Positions 25,314-38,949 of a DNA stretch of 64,000 nucleotides are shown piece by piece. Where the stretch lies: NCBI GenBank assembly GCA_951406725.2, contig OX597815.1:175956001-176020000 (forward strand), read 5' to 3'. The stretch comes from Octopus vulgaris (lineage: Eukaryota). The position numbers and the translations under genes are program-made. A model generated the notes under the pieces. That model was given only the letters and a program-made list of their open reading frames with translations. It was not told the origin of the DNA and ran no database searches. Each line of letters opens with the position of its first letter. Within the stretch, counting starts at the first letter, position 1.

Positions 25314-26784
25314 TATATATAGAGATCCTTTAATCAAGATTTATTCCTTACAGGATTTTTAATACAAAGTAACAAAGGAATAAATATATACAGTAAGGAG
25401 TTTCATTCATTATAATTGTGTTGTCAAGATACAGTTTTTTCGTATTAAATTCAGTAGCAAGTTTAGTATTGTGCAGTGTGGTTTCTTATCACACCATTAT
25501 TAAGTTTGTAATAATTGGGCTATATCATTACTGATATCCATTTAATAAACAATAAAATTTTGTAGCGATATTTTCTTTGTCTTTATAATCTTGAAATGAA
25601 ATATGAATTTTAATCATTCTCATTTTCATATTTAGTTTCTTGTTATCACTAACCAAATCGTGGCGCATAATGAGAAATTACAAATTAACATTCATTTGCA
25701 AAAACTTAATTGGAAATTCGATGCATTGTACTTGCCGTGCACATGCTTTTATTAAAAGAACAGAAGCAAAAATAACAAAGAATGGAATAAACATTTGCTT
25801 CAATTTGCATTTGTGATAGTTTGTTGTTTCTCTAATTTATTCAATATATTTTTCTTTTAAACGAAACAAAGAAGCTTTTTCCCGACAAAGAAAAACACAA
25901 AAAATGAAAACAGCAATTAGAAGAAAGCTAACAACTAGAACATGAATAAACAATACAATTGCCTTTTAATATGTTTGCTTAATACTATGTGATCATCAGC
26001 TTATATTTATGGTGTTTAGCAGAGAAATATGTAAGTAGTAAGTATTTAAATTGAAAAACACTTAGTGAAATGCACGTAAGTAGGTAGGCTCCAAATTAGT
26101 TCGATCATCGATTGTGGAAGCTATTAGTTAAATAACATCCAGCGTCTTCTTGGAAACATCAAAGTTGCCAAATGATATATTGTTGGACTAAAAGTAAACA
26201 CTGGCATTTAATGAAACGCTTGTCAGTCACGTGACAAATTGACAGAAACGAAAGAATAACCAAAGTATGTTCCATACAGTGTTTATATTTTCTGATTTGA
26301 AGATAGTTTCCTAGTTCTCTGCCGTCAGTCTCACGAGCCCTATGAAATGGGATGGGCAGTGTCCCTCTTTTTGCTTAAAGGATAAAGAAAGAAAGAAAAA
26401 TCAAAATGGAGGTGTTCTAGCAAAGATGTTACGATGTCAGATAAAATGATTTGCGGTATGCGGCCGTTGTTTTAATTGTTCTGGGTTTAAATCTTCCTAA
26501 CGGTCAAGTTTTCTTTCATCTTTCTGGGGTTGAGCTAACCAAATGTTGACGTTGATTTATTGTCTAAGATCAGGAGGGGGAAAGAAGGTGAGGGAGGGAG
26601 AAAGAATGACAGAGAAACAGAAAAAAGGGATTTTTAATATAAGGTTATTTTCGGTTTTCTCTACAGCCAAGCTAGTTGAATATGTCTTATTGCTGGACAT
26701 TTTTGTGAATTGTTTTGATGACAACTTATTTGTACACTTCTTCCCAACTCAAAAATTGAGAACATGCTACATCTTTCATCTTTC

Positions 26785-27297
26785 ATTCTTAACTTGTTTC
26801 AATCATTAGACTGTAGCCATGCTGGGGCACCGACTTGCAGAATTTTTAGACAAATGAATCGATTCAGTATTTATTTTTTAAAGTCCGGCACTTATTCTTT
26901 CCATTTCTTTTGCCGAACCACTTGGGACGGGGATATAAATAAATCAGCACAAATTATCAAGCAGTGGGTAGGAATAATTTAAACACAAAAACATATATAT
27001 ACATGCCTATACATAGGTATAGCGTAGTCGTTATGTGTTGCACTCACGATTGTGAGATCGTGGGTTCGATTCCCAGGCCGGGCGTTGCGTTGTGTTCTTG
27101 AGAATAGCACTTCATTTCACGTTGCTCTGCGATCATTTTGTCATTTGACATGTGGCACCCGTTGCCACATGTCGATCTGATGGAGGGGGGAGCCTATGTC
27201 TACACAAATATTTGATCACTATAAACAAATCCATCTGTGTGGTTGTTTAGCAAGAAATTGCTGAACCCTCATACGTCGTCTAACGACGGGAGAGAGT

Positions 27298-27345
<48 letters not shown>

Positions 27346-27540
27346 TACACACACATACAAACACATACACACACACGACGGGCATCTGAGTTTCCGTCAA
27401 ACAAAGATCAATCCACAAGGCTTTGGTCGACTCGGAGCTATAGTGAAGCAAGACACTTGAACAAGTTGCCAAGCAGTAGGACTGAACTCGGAACCGTGTG
27501 GTTGGGAAGAGACTTTTTGCTACACAGTCACGTCTGCGGG
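26785..27540 (-). mobile_element. SINE family B split by a nested SINE in its internal microsatellite
   Basis: Tail at about 26785-26970 and head at about 27375-27540 are both on the minus strand, in the correct order. Confidence 0.75.
27015..27300 (+). mobile_element. tRNA-derived SINE family C variant nested in the family B copy
   Basis: TAGCGTAGTCGTT..CTCACGATTGTGAGATCGTGGGTTCGATTCCC..GCGTTGTGTTCTTGAG..CACTTCATTTCACGTTGCTC, related to the copy at 36968. Confidence 0.75.
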
Positions 27541-29946
27541 GTATTTTTATTTGAATACTACTTACTCTTCCAGTGTATAATTGCTATCTGCATCAAGGGT
27601 ATGTTTTAGATACATGAAATCCAGATGGATTTACACGAGTAAAGAACTTGGAACTTGATTCCAAATATCTAGGTTTCTTTGTAGAGTACCAGTGAACTGT
27701 GCAGGCGGGTGCTCTTCTATCAGTAACCTAAACTGGCCGAAGAATTTAAGCTTTCTACGCATCAGTAGGAATTCCTGATGAGCATCTAATGTAGATCGAT
27801 AGCAGTAATTACTATCGACTACAACTACAATACGGGCCAGTCTTAATTTTCCCGCGAGTAATTTACTTTTATACTTATTGTCTTAGCAAAGATAATGGCA
27901 AGAACAGTAGATCTGGCCGTTAGTTTAGATTCATTCAGGCATGAGCATACCTTCGACAACAGTCCAGATTGCTACTATAACATTATCTAATGTTGTTCCA
28001 CTACTACTACTGCTGCTGCTGCTGCTATTGCACCTACAACTTATTCCCTCTCCTACTCTTGATAATTGGTATTCTCTCTTGTGCCGTCTGCAACTACTGC
28101 AAACCACCGCAACTTTCTGACAGATTCTGCTGCATGTGGCTATATTTCATTGATTAGGCTTGTTGACTCATGAGTTTCGTAAATATTTGAAATTAAAGTT
28201 CAGCTGGTTTGCTGTTGCTGCACTATATCTATATAACCAAACACAAAGAGTCTTCTTCATCAAATTCAATTAACTTCATTATCCTAAATATGACAGTGGT
28301 TATCGCAGTGAAAGATACGAGATTAGTTTACAAAGATAAAGTTCTCACAAAGAGAGATTAGATGTTTCTTATACATAAAATTGCAATGAAAGCAAATTAT
28401 ATGACATTTTATGCACGACATAGCACATGAATCTAATGTCGTATCATGGAATCATAGTAGCATAAAGATTTCAGATCAATATTCGATGAGAGACGTTTGT
28501 CTGAATATACGAAATTATATAATACAAACGTATCAACGTGTATTTGCTAATTTCAAGGAAGCCATCGAAATGGACAGACTCATTATTACAGTAATAGAAC
28601 ATATATCACTCGTAACTATTGTTTGGTTATCATTTGAGTCGTACCATATGAGCTATGCTGATAAGGGTTTTGGTGAAAGGATATCGAACTCAGAGATTAA
28701 TGATAAAGCTCCTTCTGCTTGCCTGATAACAGCCTCACTGCATGAATATGATATGCAAGAAACGAACGCCAAGTGTTTTGTAGTGTAAAGTAGATACATT
28801 GCGTCATTATGTTGGATAAAGAAAATCGCAATTGTATGAATCTAAATTTCTTTAACAATATGCAAACTGAATATCAGCAGAGGCGGGTAATTTTAGATTT
28901 AGACGTTCATTATTAGGATTCACATCCATATATACATATCTACATAATTATCTTATGTCTTATACATATACAAACACATACTTTTACGCGCGTGTTACGC
29001 TCTTACACATGCGGACATATATATATATATATATAAAATATGTATATACATTCATGTATAGTTAGGATATGGGTAAAAGCTGTGCGAAGCTCATCCACAG
29101 TTATTGGCTACCTGATGTCATCATGTAATGAGACAGTAATTGCATAGATTCCGTATAAATAGATGAATAATAATAGAAAATAGATTGAACGACATTATTC
29201 ATTTAAAATTCAATACGTTTCCCACACTTCGTTACACCCTGAGTAAATTGGAGAGATAATATAAGCAACATATTGCGTAATTACTATCATCCTTCGGATG
29301 ATTATTTTAATTAAGTCCTTCGTTAGATCCTACTGTCTGTATTCACTCTCTATGGGAATCAATACCCAAAGCAGTGTGCTAATTTCAACTACTTGAGATC
29401 TGTGAAGCGGAATAGTAACAGACACAAGAGACGGGTAATTCTTCAGTATTTATTTCCCTCAATTTATTTTTGATGTTCTCTTTTTTTTTCCATTTGTATC
29501 GCTTCGTATTTCCTTTTTTTTTCATTGTCAGAGGAATACTAAAGATACTATTTCGGTACGAGTATATAAAATGTACAGAATCTAAAGATAATATAGCCGT
29601 GTTTTGATTTTGAGTAGCCTAGGGTGCGCATATACACAGCTGTTGTTGAATCATATTAATTCACAATTGTATATAATATATGCAACATCCAACAATTAAC
29701 AGCCGTTAATGATGTGTTGAAACAACTGTAGTAATATGTACTAAAGCCTGCTCAGTCCATCTTTGCGTATTAACTTTTTATAGGCTACGGGGATTTGTGG
29801 ATTTGTGGATTTCCACATGTATATCCAGTAACAGAAGAATTCATGCTACATTCGGCGGTGGCTGATACCCAGAGAAGAGCTTTGAAAAGCACACTATGAC
29901 GTTAATACCCAGATTATATTAACACACACACACATCTTGATATATG

Positions 29947-29989
<43 letters not shown>

Positions 29990-29992
<3 letters not shown>

Positions 29993-30135
29993 AGATTTTA
30001 CGAAAAAAGCAAAAGACGAAGACAGGTGGTGTACAACACAAACAGATGTATTAGTATAACGTTCAGGAATAGAAAAAGTCTTTTACGTTTCGAGCCTACG
30101 CTCTTCTACAGAAAGGGACACAGAAAAAAATGTGT
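29990..30135 (-). mobile_element. PLE-like terminal remnant with hammerhead-like motif (A6U core, 30080-30115)
   Basis: Minus strand CTTT-CTGTAGA-A-GAGC(GTAG)GCTC-GAAA-CG-TA-AAAG; same family as 14318. Confidence 0.6.
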
Positions 30136-30194
30136 GTACTGGCTAACGATTTATCATGGCGATATATATATATTCAAGCGATATAAATAGGGTA

Positions 30195-30420
30195 AAGAGT
30201 CCCTTCAGTCATTAATAACAATGGTATTCCACCAAGAACGCTGCTCTTCAAGGCACAAGTGTAGGCAAGGTTGTTTATAGAAGACTAGCAGTCGCCCGTA
30301 CATACCAACCGCCTCCCCTCTCCAGGCCATTGATGTTATCCAAGGGAAAAGTAAAAGCCGATGCAGCTGGGCACCAGTAACGTCGCAACTCATTTACACA
30401 GCTGAGTGAAGTGGACCAAT
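30195..30420 (-). mobile_element. SINE body/tail (family D) sharing the CACTCAGCTG..AAATGAGTTG core with family C
   Basis: Minus strand CACTCAGCTGTGTAAATGAGTTGCGACGTTACTGGTGCC..TTCCCTTGGATAAC..GAGAGGGGAGGC. Confidence 0.6.
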
Positions 30421-30799
30421 ACACACACACACACACACACACACACCAATAGTGTTTACCGCCACTTTAACGTGGGCGCTCTATAAGAACCGATGACACT
30501 GCTATTTTAACCTAAGGAAGACATCTCCTTCAGCTGTTTTATTCAGTACGCTCTCGCACTCTATATGCATTGCACTCTTTTGCCTACCTAGCTCCAAGAT
30601 CACCAGATTACAAAATTTCGATCTTATTGGATCACTTCAGTGTTGGGCACTCGCTCGCCAGGCACGGCATTAGTCTGACCTCGCTTCCAATATATATAAA
30701 ATATAGTGTTATACAATTATTGATCTCGCAACTAGGAAACTAGTCCGTAAGAAAATCTCTGTTCAATCGATATATGCAATATATATATATAAATAAATA

Positions 30800-30995
30800 T
30801 AAGGATAAGATCGTTAATTTAAAATAAAAGAACGATTTTATCAAGTGGCCAGCATGGAAAAAATAACCTTCAAAGGTAATAATTATTAAAATTATAAATT
30901 TGGGTATCTACGAGATACCACCATGCTGAAAATAGCAACCATGATGTTTTCCAGACACTCAACTAAGAGTCCACTGCATCTTATAGCAGGAACAG

Positions 30996-31036
<41 letters not shown>

Positions 31037-31065
31037 CGTGTGTATATATAGATACATACATACAT

Positions 31066-31118
<53 letters not shown>

Positions 31119-31376
31119 TATATATATATACACACACATACAAAGATAGATAGATAGATATATGGAAGGTGTAACTATGAATTTTGGGACCGAAAACTAT
31201 ACCAACCACCGAACTAGGCGCCACTGCATTGTGCCAAAGATGCCGTTCTCCAATTATAAATTTGGGTATCTACGAGATACAACCATGCTGAAAATAGCAG
31301 CCATGATCCGCGGTTTTAGAGTCGGATCATGGCTGCTATTTTCAACATGGTGGTATCTCGTAGATACCGTAATTTA

Positions 31377-31381
<5 letters not shown>
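30800..31381. mobile_element. Fold-back repeat family (PLE-terminus-like), three arms including hairpin 31252-31381
   Basis: AATTATAAATTTGGGTATCTACGAGATACMACCATGCTGAAAATAGCA at about 30891 and 31252, inverted at about 31322-31381; same family at 44518-44850. Confidence 0.75.
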
Positions 31382-31433
<52 letters not shown>

Positions 31434-31723
31434 GCATGCGCATGTGCGCGCGCCATGTATTTGTGCGCTGTGTGTATGCGTGCGTTTTATGAGTGCTTGC
31501 ACGCGTGTGCATAAATATATGCTTGCTGCTATTTTTACCGATAAATCAAATTGCCTTTTGAGCATAAATTTATATATATACACATTTATATACACATTTA
31601 TATATATATATATATTTTTCCCCACCGATGTAGCTATAGAATATTTTCCAGACACTCAACTAAGAGTCCATTACAGTATTTCATAGCAGGAACAGCTATG
31701 TGTGTGTGTGTGTGTATATATAG

Positions 31724-31780
<57 letters not shown>

Positions 31781-31792
31781 TATACATATATA

Positions 31793-31843
<51 letters not shown>

Positions 31844-31959
31844 AAAGATAGATAGATAGATATATATGGAAGGTGTAACTATGAATTTTGGGACCGAAAA
31901 CTATACCAACCACTGAACTGGGCCCCACTGCATTGTGCCAAAGATGCCGTTCTCCAATT
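30947..31959. repeat. Local direct duplication of an about 310-bp unit (30947-31255 and 31644-31959)
   Basis: Both units start TTTTCCAGACACTCAACTAAGAGTCCA and end GTGCCAAAGATGCCGTTCTCCAATT. Confidence 0.9.
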
Positions 31960-32183
31960 CTACAGTAAGGATACGTTACTGTAAAAAAACAAATTGGGGG
32001 CAAATTTTTATATACCAGATGAACCCACATTGCGGCTGGAAACACGAAGAAGAACATCTCTGTCCAACTTGCTACTTCACTAGAAACAGTTGAAGGAAGA
32101 AAGTCGGAAAGTGTGAAATAAAAACATTGAAACTAAAGGCTTTGCTCCAGCGTGGCTGCAGCCTTTGGCTGAAACAAGCAAAA

Positions 32184-32224
<41 letters not shown>

Positions 32225-32459
32225 GGAGAGAGAGAGAGAGAGAGATGTATATAATGGTTTCGAGTTCAGTGCCATGGTACGAAAACCTTCAAAGTAGTGC
32301 ACCAGCATAGCCGCTGCCCAATGGCAGAACAAATAAAAGAATTAAAGTTCTATCTGTAACTTTGTTACTGTTAGTTTTATTCAAACTACTCTAGATCGAT
32401 TCCAAACCTATTCACACGAACGCATTATTATTGAAAAAAATGGTTGTCAGAAGAGTTGA

Positions 32460-33170
32460 AGAAACAGACGAAAATGGATGGAGAAAATGCGTGGCAAATT
32501 TATGAGGAACATGGAGAGTGAAGCCTTTTTGGAATAGATGTGAAGATTAGGCAAAGGTTGAAAGTGACGTTTTAATATGTGTAGCATGAGAACAATCCTC
32601 AAGAATCATGTGAAATATACCGTCGACAAAAGAGTAGTTACCATTATATGAAATGGAAAAATAGGAGACAGTTAACCACATCGCCAGTGCAGTACTTAAG
32701 CAAATAAAAAAAAAAGAAGAAGAAAAAAGAATAAAAGGTGACGTGATAACATTCCTAGAATTATGCTTTGGATGTTGAGCGGAAAATAAACTGAACAAAA
32801 GAAGGAAGTGGAATTAAGCACTGATCTGGCGTAGTGTTAGGGTGAAATGAAGTAAAACTACTTCGGTATTTCAACATCCAAAACAAAAAAATCCATGAGA
32901 GAAAACGATGTTCTTTCATTGTTATCAGATATTTCATGGCTCATCACATTTTGATAAAAGTGTGCTTGAAAAAAAAGTGGGGGGGGGGGAGAAAACAAAG
33001 CAGAATCAAACTTTAAGAGAGAAATGACAGAAAGGAATGAGTTGGAGACAGCAATGGCTAAAGTAAAAACACCGATCGTGAAACTTGTTATTCAGAAAGG
33101 CACAAATATTTTTCGGTAGATGGCCATGTTAGCAACAGCTCGGATTCAGAAGATGGTCTTTGAGATACAG
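32460..33170 (+). mobile_element. Old Dong/R4-like LINE C-terminal remnant
   Basis: Decayed motifs in order: WMEKMRGKFMR, VESDVLICVA*EQ, ETVNHIASA, RRDNIPRIMLWML, KLLRYFNIQ, MAMLATARIQKMV, matching the order of equivalent motifs in the 59198 copy. Confidence 0.65.
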
Positions 33171-33446
33171 AAAAACAAGAAGAAAAAGAAAAGAGAAAAG
33201 AGAAGAAACTGATGTACTTTTAGTCATTTTTTTTTATGGTTTGGTCACTCGTCATAATCAATCGCTAGAAGATCGACCTGTTCACACAACGATAATAATA
33301 CACAGTCATTTGCCCGTAATTTAGTGTTAGGAGAACAGTTGACTATATCGATTGACAGCACCATCTAACCGGTTACGGTATCAACACAGTGTAATAGCAT
33401 AACAACAACAACAACAACAATAATAATAATAATAATAATAATAATA

Positions 33447-33637
33447 ATCCTTTGTCTTACGGACAATGTAATCAATCGATTACATTTGACTTCGGTGCTC
33501 AACTGGTGCTTAGCTCATCGACTCCAAAAGTATGAAAAGCGAAACTGACCTCGGCAGAATATGAACTCAGAACGGAAGAAATGCTGCTGCGACGCATTTT
33601 GTCTGGCTGGCTAATGATCCCGCCGGCTTATTGCCTT
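33447..33637 (-). mobile_element. SINE family A, diverged
   Basis: GACCTCGGCAGAATATGAACTCAGAACG and AACTGGTGCTTAGCTCATCGACTCCAAAAG. Confidence 0.65.
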
Positions 33638-35099
33638 TAAAAACAATAACGACAACGCGAACAAAAATGACAATAAATTATCACATTGATAAAGAGGGCA
33701 TTATCCTACCATCAGTGTTCTCGAGTTAAATCCACATTAACGCTATAAGTAAGGGTAGAGGAAATAGCACGAAACAAAATGGAAACGAAATGTGCATATA
33801 CACACACGCACACACATACACAAATACGCACACACAAATACACACACGCACACATAAATACATCCACACACTCGCATACAAAAACACACACACATTACAC
33901 ATACGTATGCATCTGTTTGTGTATAGGTGTCTTTGATTCCCTTCGTCTGAAGACAATAACCTCCAGTGGGTGCCTAGTCGCCGCGTTTGGACATTCATTC
34001 GTATGATTAAAGAAAGAGCTCGTTAACATTGTGGAATTATGTCAGCATTGCTTCTGTTTGCTAAGCAACTTTTACATGGTAATGTTGAGATATGAATCCT
34101 ATAATAGCGGTGAAATTTGCCTCCTGACGGGAGAGTATGCCTTTAAAATCTTTTTAGTTTATGCTGGGCGAAATGTTTACTTCTGTATTTGTGTAGTACC
34201 ATTTGTTTAGCCAGTGTAGAGATGCGCATGTAAAGAGGCGGTCTGTAATCGGAAAGATATTTTCAGGTGATATTTATTCTTATGTCTGCATTCTGAAATT
34301 ATCTCGTTGTTGTCCAACATGTTTATAGACGGCATCAGAATATTTTATTTCTCTTTATGGCTGATGAGAATAATCTATGAATTCATACAATATTACTTTC
34401 TCACCTCTCTACCTCTTGCGTATCGCTGAGAGAAGCAAGTCAAATAAAATATTGTAGTTATGATTGCGGTGGTGATAATATTCAATAGAGAAAGATACGT
34501 TAGAGAGAGGTAGAGGATGAGGGGCAGGAAAGAGAGAGAGATGACTTAAAAGCAAACACAAAGGAGGAGATGGAAAAATTTGAAGTTCTAGCAGAATTTG
34601 TGACGTCACTGCATGTTTAATTATGCCATTTTCTTGCTTTCTTTTTTATTTTTATCAGGAAAATAAAAAGAAAATTTAAGAATGAAAGTGCATTTGAAAT
34701 GCCATTCTCAAATTTTCTTTGAAGTGCATTTGAAATGAAAACATCATGCTTGTTACATGTTAGTGACTTAATGCACAAACAAAATATTAAAGAATGAAAT
34801 GTAGAGAGCCCAGAGTGAGCAACATGGCAAAAGAAAGAATACTCTGGTCTAACAGATGTACGATGTACACTATTGGAAATTGGCCGAATGAGTCTGATAC
34901 ATTTTCGTTATGCTAGGATTTGTGAATGAGCTACAAGTAGTCTTCTGTACAATTAATAACCTTTATGTACGCAATAAACTTCGTTTCCTTAAAGGAAATT
35001 GCCAACTTTAAATAACTTGATACTTCTTACCTATTTTTTATTCGTAGTTAAATTTTTATGTCACATTCGATAATATGTGTTGAATTGTTGGTAAAATAT

Positions 35100-35156
<57 letters not shown>

Positions 35157-36180
35157 ACATTCAACACACACACACAGAAAAGAATAAACAGAGTGGCTTA
35201 CTGTGGTGACAAGGTGGGCGATACAAATTTGCAACTGCATGGAATTTATAATTTAGTATTTCAGTTAGCGTTTGTGGAATGTCATTATTTAAATTGTCTT
35301 TTAGTATCGTAGAGAAATAAAAACAAAAGAGCGTTCATTGATCATTTATATTCCTTTGTTTCACAAAACAATTAAATTCTCCTGGCGCCATTCTCTGTTT
35401 TCAATTCTTTAAATATATATCGTCTAATTGGTTTGTTGACGAAACTGAAAAAAAATACATTCCCTATTCTTCTTTTAACTCATTCAATACAGCCTTAGAC
35501 CTACTCTGATCGATAATTCATCGCTAGTGGTTGTTCTAGGTTATTTGCTATAAGAGACAAATGCTTCTCCTTGTATAGTATATACAAATAAATATGTTGT
35601 TTCTTGTCAGAATTGGTAGCGGTTAGCTTCGTTGATCATGGGTTTTAAAAGGGCCAATTTCTGGCTCACTGCCTTTTTCATGATAACTGTAAAGGAGAAA
35701 ATGTGTATAAATCGGCGCAGAACAAATATTGCAGGGACTTCATTCGGAAAGCACCAAGTTTTAAATCTACAGATATTCGCGTGGGTATGGGTGTGAGTGT
35801 ATGTGTACGAGTGTCTACGTGCGCGTGTGTGTGACTATGGATGCATGTGTGTGGTGTATGCGGGTGCGTCAGAGTTTATATGCCATCTAGGAAAAAAACT
35901 GACCGCCTGGAGGAAACAGAGCAACTGTTTACACGGGCTGCTGCTTCAGGAAGGGCTATCAGCACAGAATTTGTAATGTCTTATTTTCATCAGAATGGTA
36001 TTCTTTTACATAAAAAAATATACGTGCTTATGGGACAAGGCAACTTGCAAAATTTGAGAAGTTACACAGACACCTGCACGTGCAAACATACATACATACA
36101 TACATACAAACGTATGCATGCATGTATGTATGTATGTATGTATGTATGTATGTATGTATGTATGTATGTATGTATGTATG

Positions 36181-36440
36181 TTACTCCATCCAAACTACAG
36201 GTTCAGGTTTAGACCTGTAATTTTTGGGGCCCTGGGATATGTAACCCACTGCCTAAATACCAATCTTGAGAAATTAGGCTTCTCAAAACCAGAAAGGAGA
36301 AAGCAAATTCGAATACTACAGATCCAATAAGTCACTGGAACTGTAAACATTTGTAAAACTCTCTAGAAGTTTAAATATATATATGAGCATTTCTAGATAT
36401 GAAACTATATGCATGAGAATACATATATAGAACATACAAA
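36181..36440 (+). mobile_element. Dong/R4-like 3' end (same family as 10850-11178)
   Basis: [49 protein letters not shown]; directly preceded by (TATG)n. Confidence 0.85.
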
Positions 36441-36665
36441 ACTGCAAGCACGCACGCACATCCATCCATCCATCCATCTAGCTAGCTAGCTATCCATACA
36501 TACGTACAAACATATACAAATGTAACACACACACACATTATCGACCGCACACAATCTTTGTATGTGTTTCGCTTGTTCACCGGTTCGTTCCGAGGAATGT
36601 TCTGGATATTTTGCAATGTGCGGTCGATAAGGTTTACCATACTAGCGCTGCCTCTAATTCATAAT

Positions 36666-36697
<32 letters not shown>

Positions 36698-36782
36698 CCG
36701 GAGTAAACACATAAATGTGAAACAAGGTGGAAAAAAGAGTACTCAAATACCAGTGGTAGAGTAATATGTAATCTAATACACA

Positions 36783-36838
36783 CAACAAAAACTGTCCGAC
36801 GAACGGCAACGTGAAACTCAGAGTAACAGGTTTTGTTG
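36783..36838 (+). ncRNA. Minimal type I hammerhead, U4C core variant, in PLE-like terminus (about 36697-36862)
   Basis: CAACAAAAACTGT-CCGACGA-ACG(GCAA)CGT-GAAA-CTCAGAG-TA-ACAGGTTTTGTTG: 12/13-bp helix I, GNRA-capped helix II, near-palindromic helix III. Confidence 0.65.
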
Positions 36839-36861
36839 AATTTTCTGCTGCTTTAAATAAA

Positions 36862-36954
<93 letters not shown>

Positions 36955-36967
36955 CACACACACACAA

Positions 36968-37282
36968 AGGCATGTGGTTTAGCGGTTAGGGCATTCGGCT
37001 CACGATCGTAAGGTCGTGAGTTCAATTCCCTGCGATGCGTTGTGTCCTTGGGCAAGACACTTTTTCATACTCCAGTTCATGCAGCTGGTAAAAATGAGCG
37101 GTACCTGTATTTCGAAGGGACAATCTTGCCACACTCTGTGCCAGGCTGAATCTCCCAGAGAACTACGTTAAGGGTACACGTGTCTGTGGAATGCTCAGCC
37201 ACTTGCACGTTGATTTCGCGAGCAAGCTGTTCTGTTGATCGTATCAACTGGGACCCTCTCCGTCGTAACCGACGGAGTGTTC
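36968..37282 (+). mobile_element. tRNA-derived SINE family C, near full length
   Basis: A-box TGGTTTAGCGG, B-box GAGTTCAATTCCC, GTTGTGTCCTTGGGCAAGACACTT, CAGCTGGTAAAAATGAG, tail CGTCGTAACCGACGGAGTG. Confidence 0.85.
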
Positions 37283-38640
37283 CTCTGTGTGTGTGTGTTA
37301 CATTTGTATATGTTTATATGAGGTATTATATAATGAAGAACAATCTAAACGGAAACGTTTGCCATCTGTGTATTGTGTAATCTAATACACGCAACAAAGG
37401 TAGTTTTGTATCACTCGGCGGACGGAAAAACAGAGTTTGGTCTGATCGCTTTCCACCTTCAATATTTGAATATTACTAATTAATTGGCAATGTTGCCAGC
37501 AAACCTACTGCGAAACAAGTGAGTCACGATACATAAATAAATCTAAGCCTATCTCTCTCCGTGGTTAGACGAGGTGGGGTGTCTGGCGTCAAACAAAGAC
37601 AGTGCTGGGAATGAAAAGCCATTTACACGAATCCGCGATGATGTTTAGAAAACAGTGAACCGAACCCAAGTGCCAAAACGTCTTTCAGTGACGACCGATA
37701 ACTACAGACAAAAGCACATGGGTACGTTTTAAGGATTAGTTTCGAAGTTGATATATTCAACTTCGGCATAATTTACACGTGGTGTAAATAAAAAATAGAA
37801 CAAACAACGAGGTCGACTCTAAGTATATTTGGGTTAGAGGGGGAAATACTAAACGAAAACTGCAATGAAATCACGCTTTTAACAGGTAAGTGGTTGTAAA
37901 AGTATCTTTCTAAGACAGAGAGCTGAACGAGATAAACTGTCTAAAAGATCTATGTAGGATCAAATCAAAAGAGGAGGATATAGTTTCATCGCAACAGGCG
38001 AAGAATTGCTGGCGTTCAACATGCATGGTAATAACATATCAATGAGGGTTAATGCTAAAATGAGGGTCGTGATGATGATGGTGATCGTGAAGAGGTTGGA
38101 TATCATCAAAACATTTTTGTGTTTCCTTTTAACATCGCCCGCCCCACCGTCATCGTCATCACCATCAACTATCATCATCATCACTTATCAATCATTATCA
38201 TCATCAGTTATCAATCATCATCGTCATCAATTAGCGATTATCATCATCGTCGTCGTCGTCTTTCTCTTCCACATCCATAACATCATCGTTTCCGTAGTGA
38301 TGGTTATAACCGTAACAGAACAACTGATATAAATTAGGGGGATGAAGATGTGAGTAAGGAGGAGGATGGAAATAACGAGAGGGAAGAGTCAAAACAAACG
38401 ATAGATATTTTTGCAATTAAGGTTTCTCTTCAAATAAAAGAAATAGAGAGAAATTCGCTTTCAAATTTAGTCAGTTGACAATCTATATATGTGGTTATAG
38501 AATTTCCAGTTACTTTTCATTTCAAAGCATCACAATTATTTAAACGCAATTTTTTAGCTTTTTTAATTATTTGCTCAGCACGTTTCTATAAATGAACTCA
38601 TTCGATCGATGCCCTTAAAACTGGTTTTAAATATTGGCAT

Positions 38641-38762
38641 ACTTATTTTATCGGCCCTTGGATGAAAGACAGAGTCGGCCTCGGTGGAATTTAAATTCAG
38701 AACGTAAAGACGAACGAAATACCTCTGTGCATTTGTCCTGCATTCTGCCCGCTTTTCGCCTT
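38641..38762 (-). mobile_element. SINE family A, diverged
   Basis: GGATGAAAGACAGAGTCGGCCTCGGTGGAATTTAAATTCAGAACGTAAAGACG. Confidence 0.7.
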
Positions 38763-38787
38763 ACATATCTTTAATATTAACACCATA

Positions 38788-38832
<45 letters not shown>

Positions 38833-38903
38833 CGAGAGTAAAGAAGGATGAAATCAATTCGATGTTTTGTCACATCTTCTTTACCTCCATCTTTATAAGA
38901 ATG

Positions 38904-38949
<46 letters not shown>

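Noticed and set aside
27770-27825. CTGATGA followed by hairpin then GATA (also CTGANGA hits at 9640, 21614, 34360)
   Set aside because: GAAA is missing or helices I/III cannot be formed; not called as hammerheads.
28411-28788. 125-aa non-repetitive ORF
   Set aside because: No recognisable motif or flanking splice signals; length compatible with chance.
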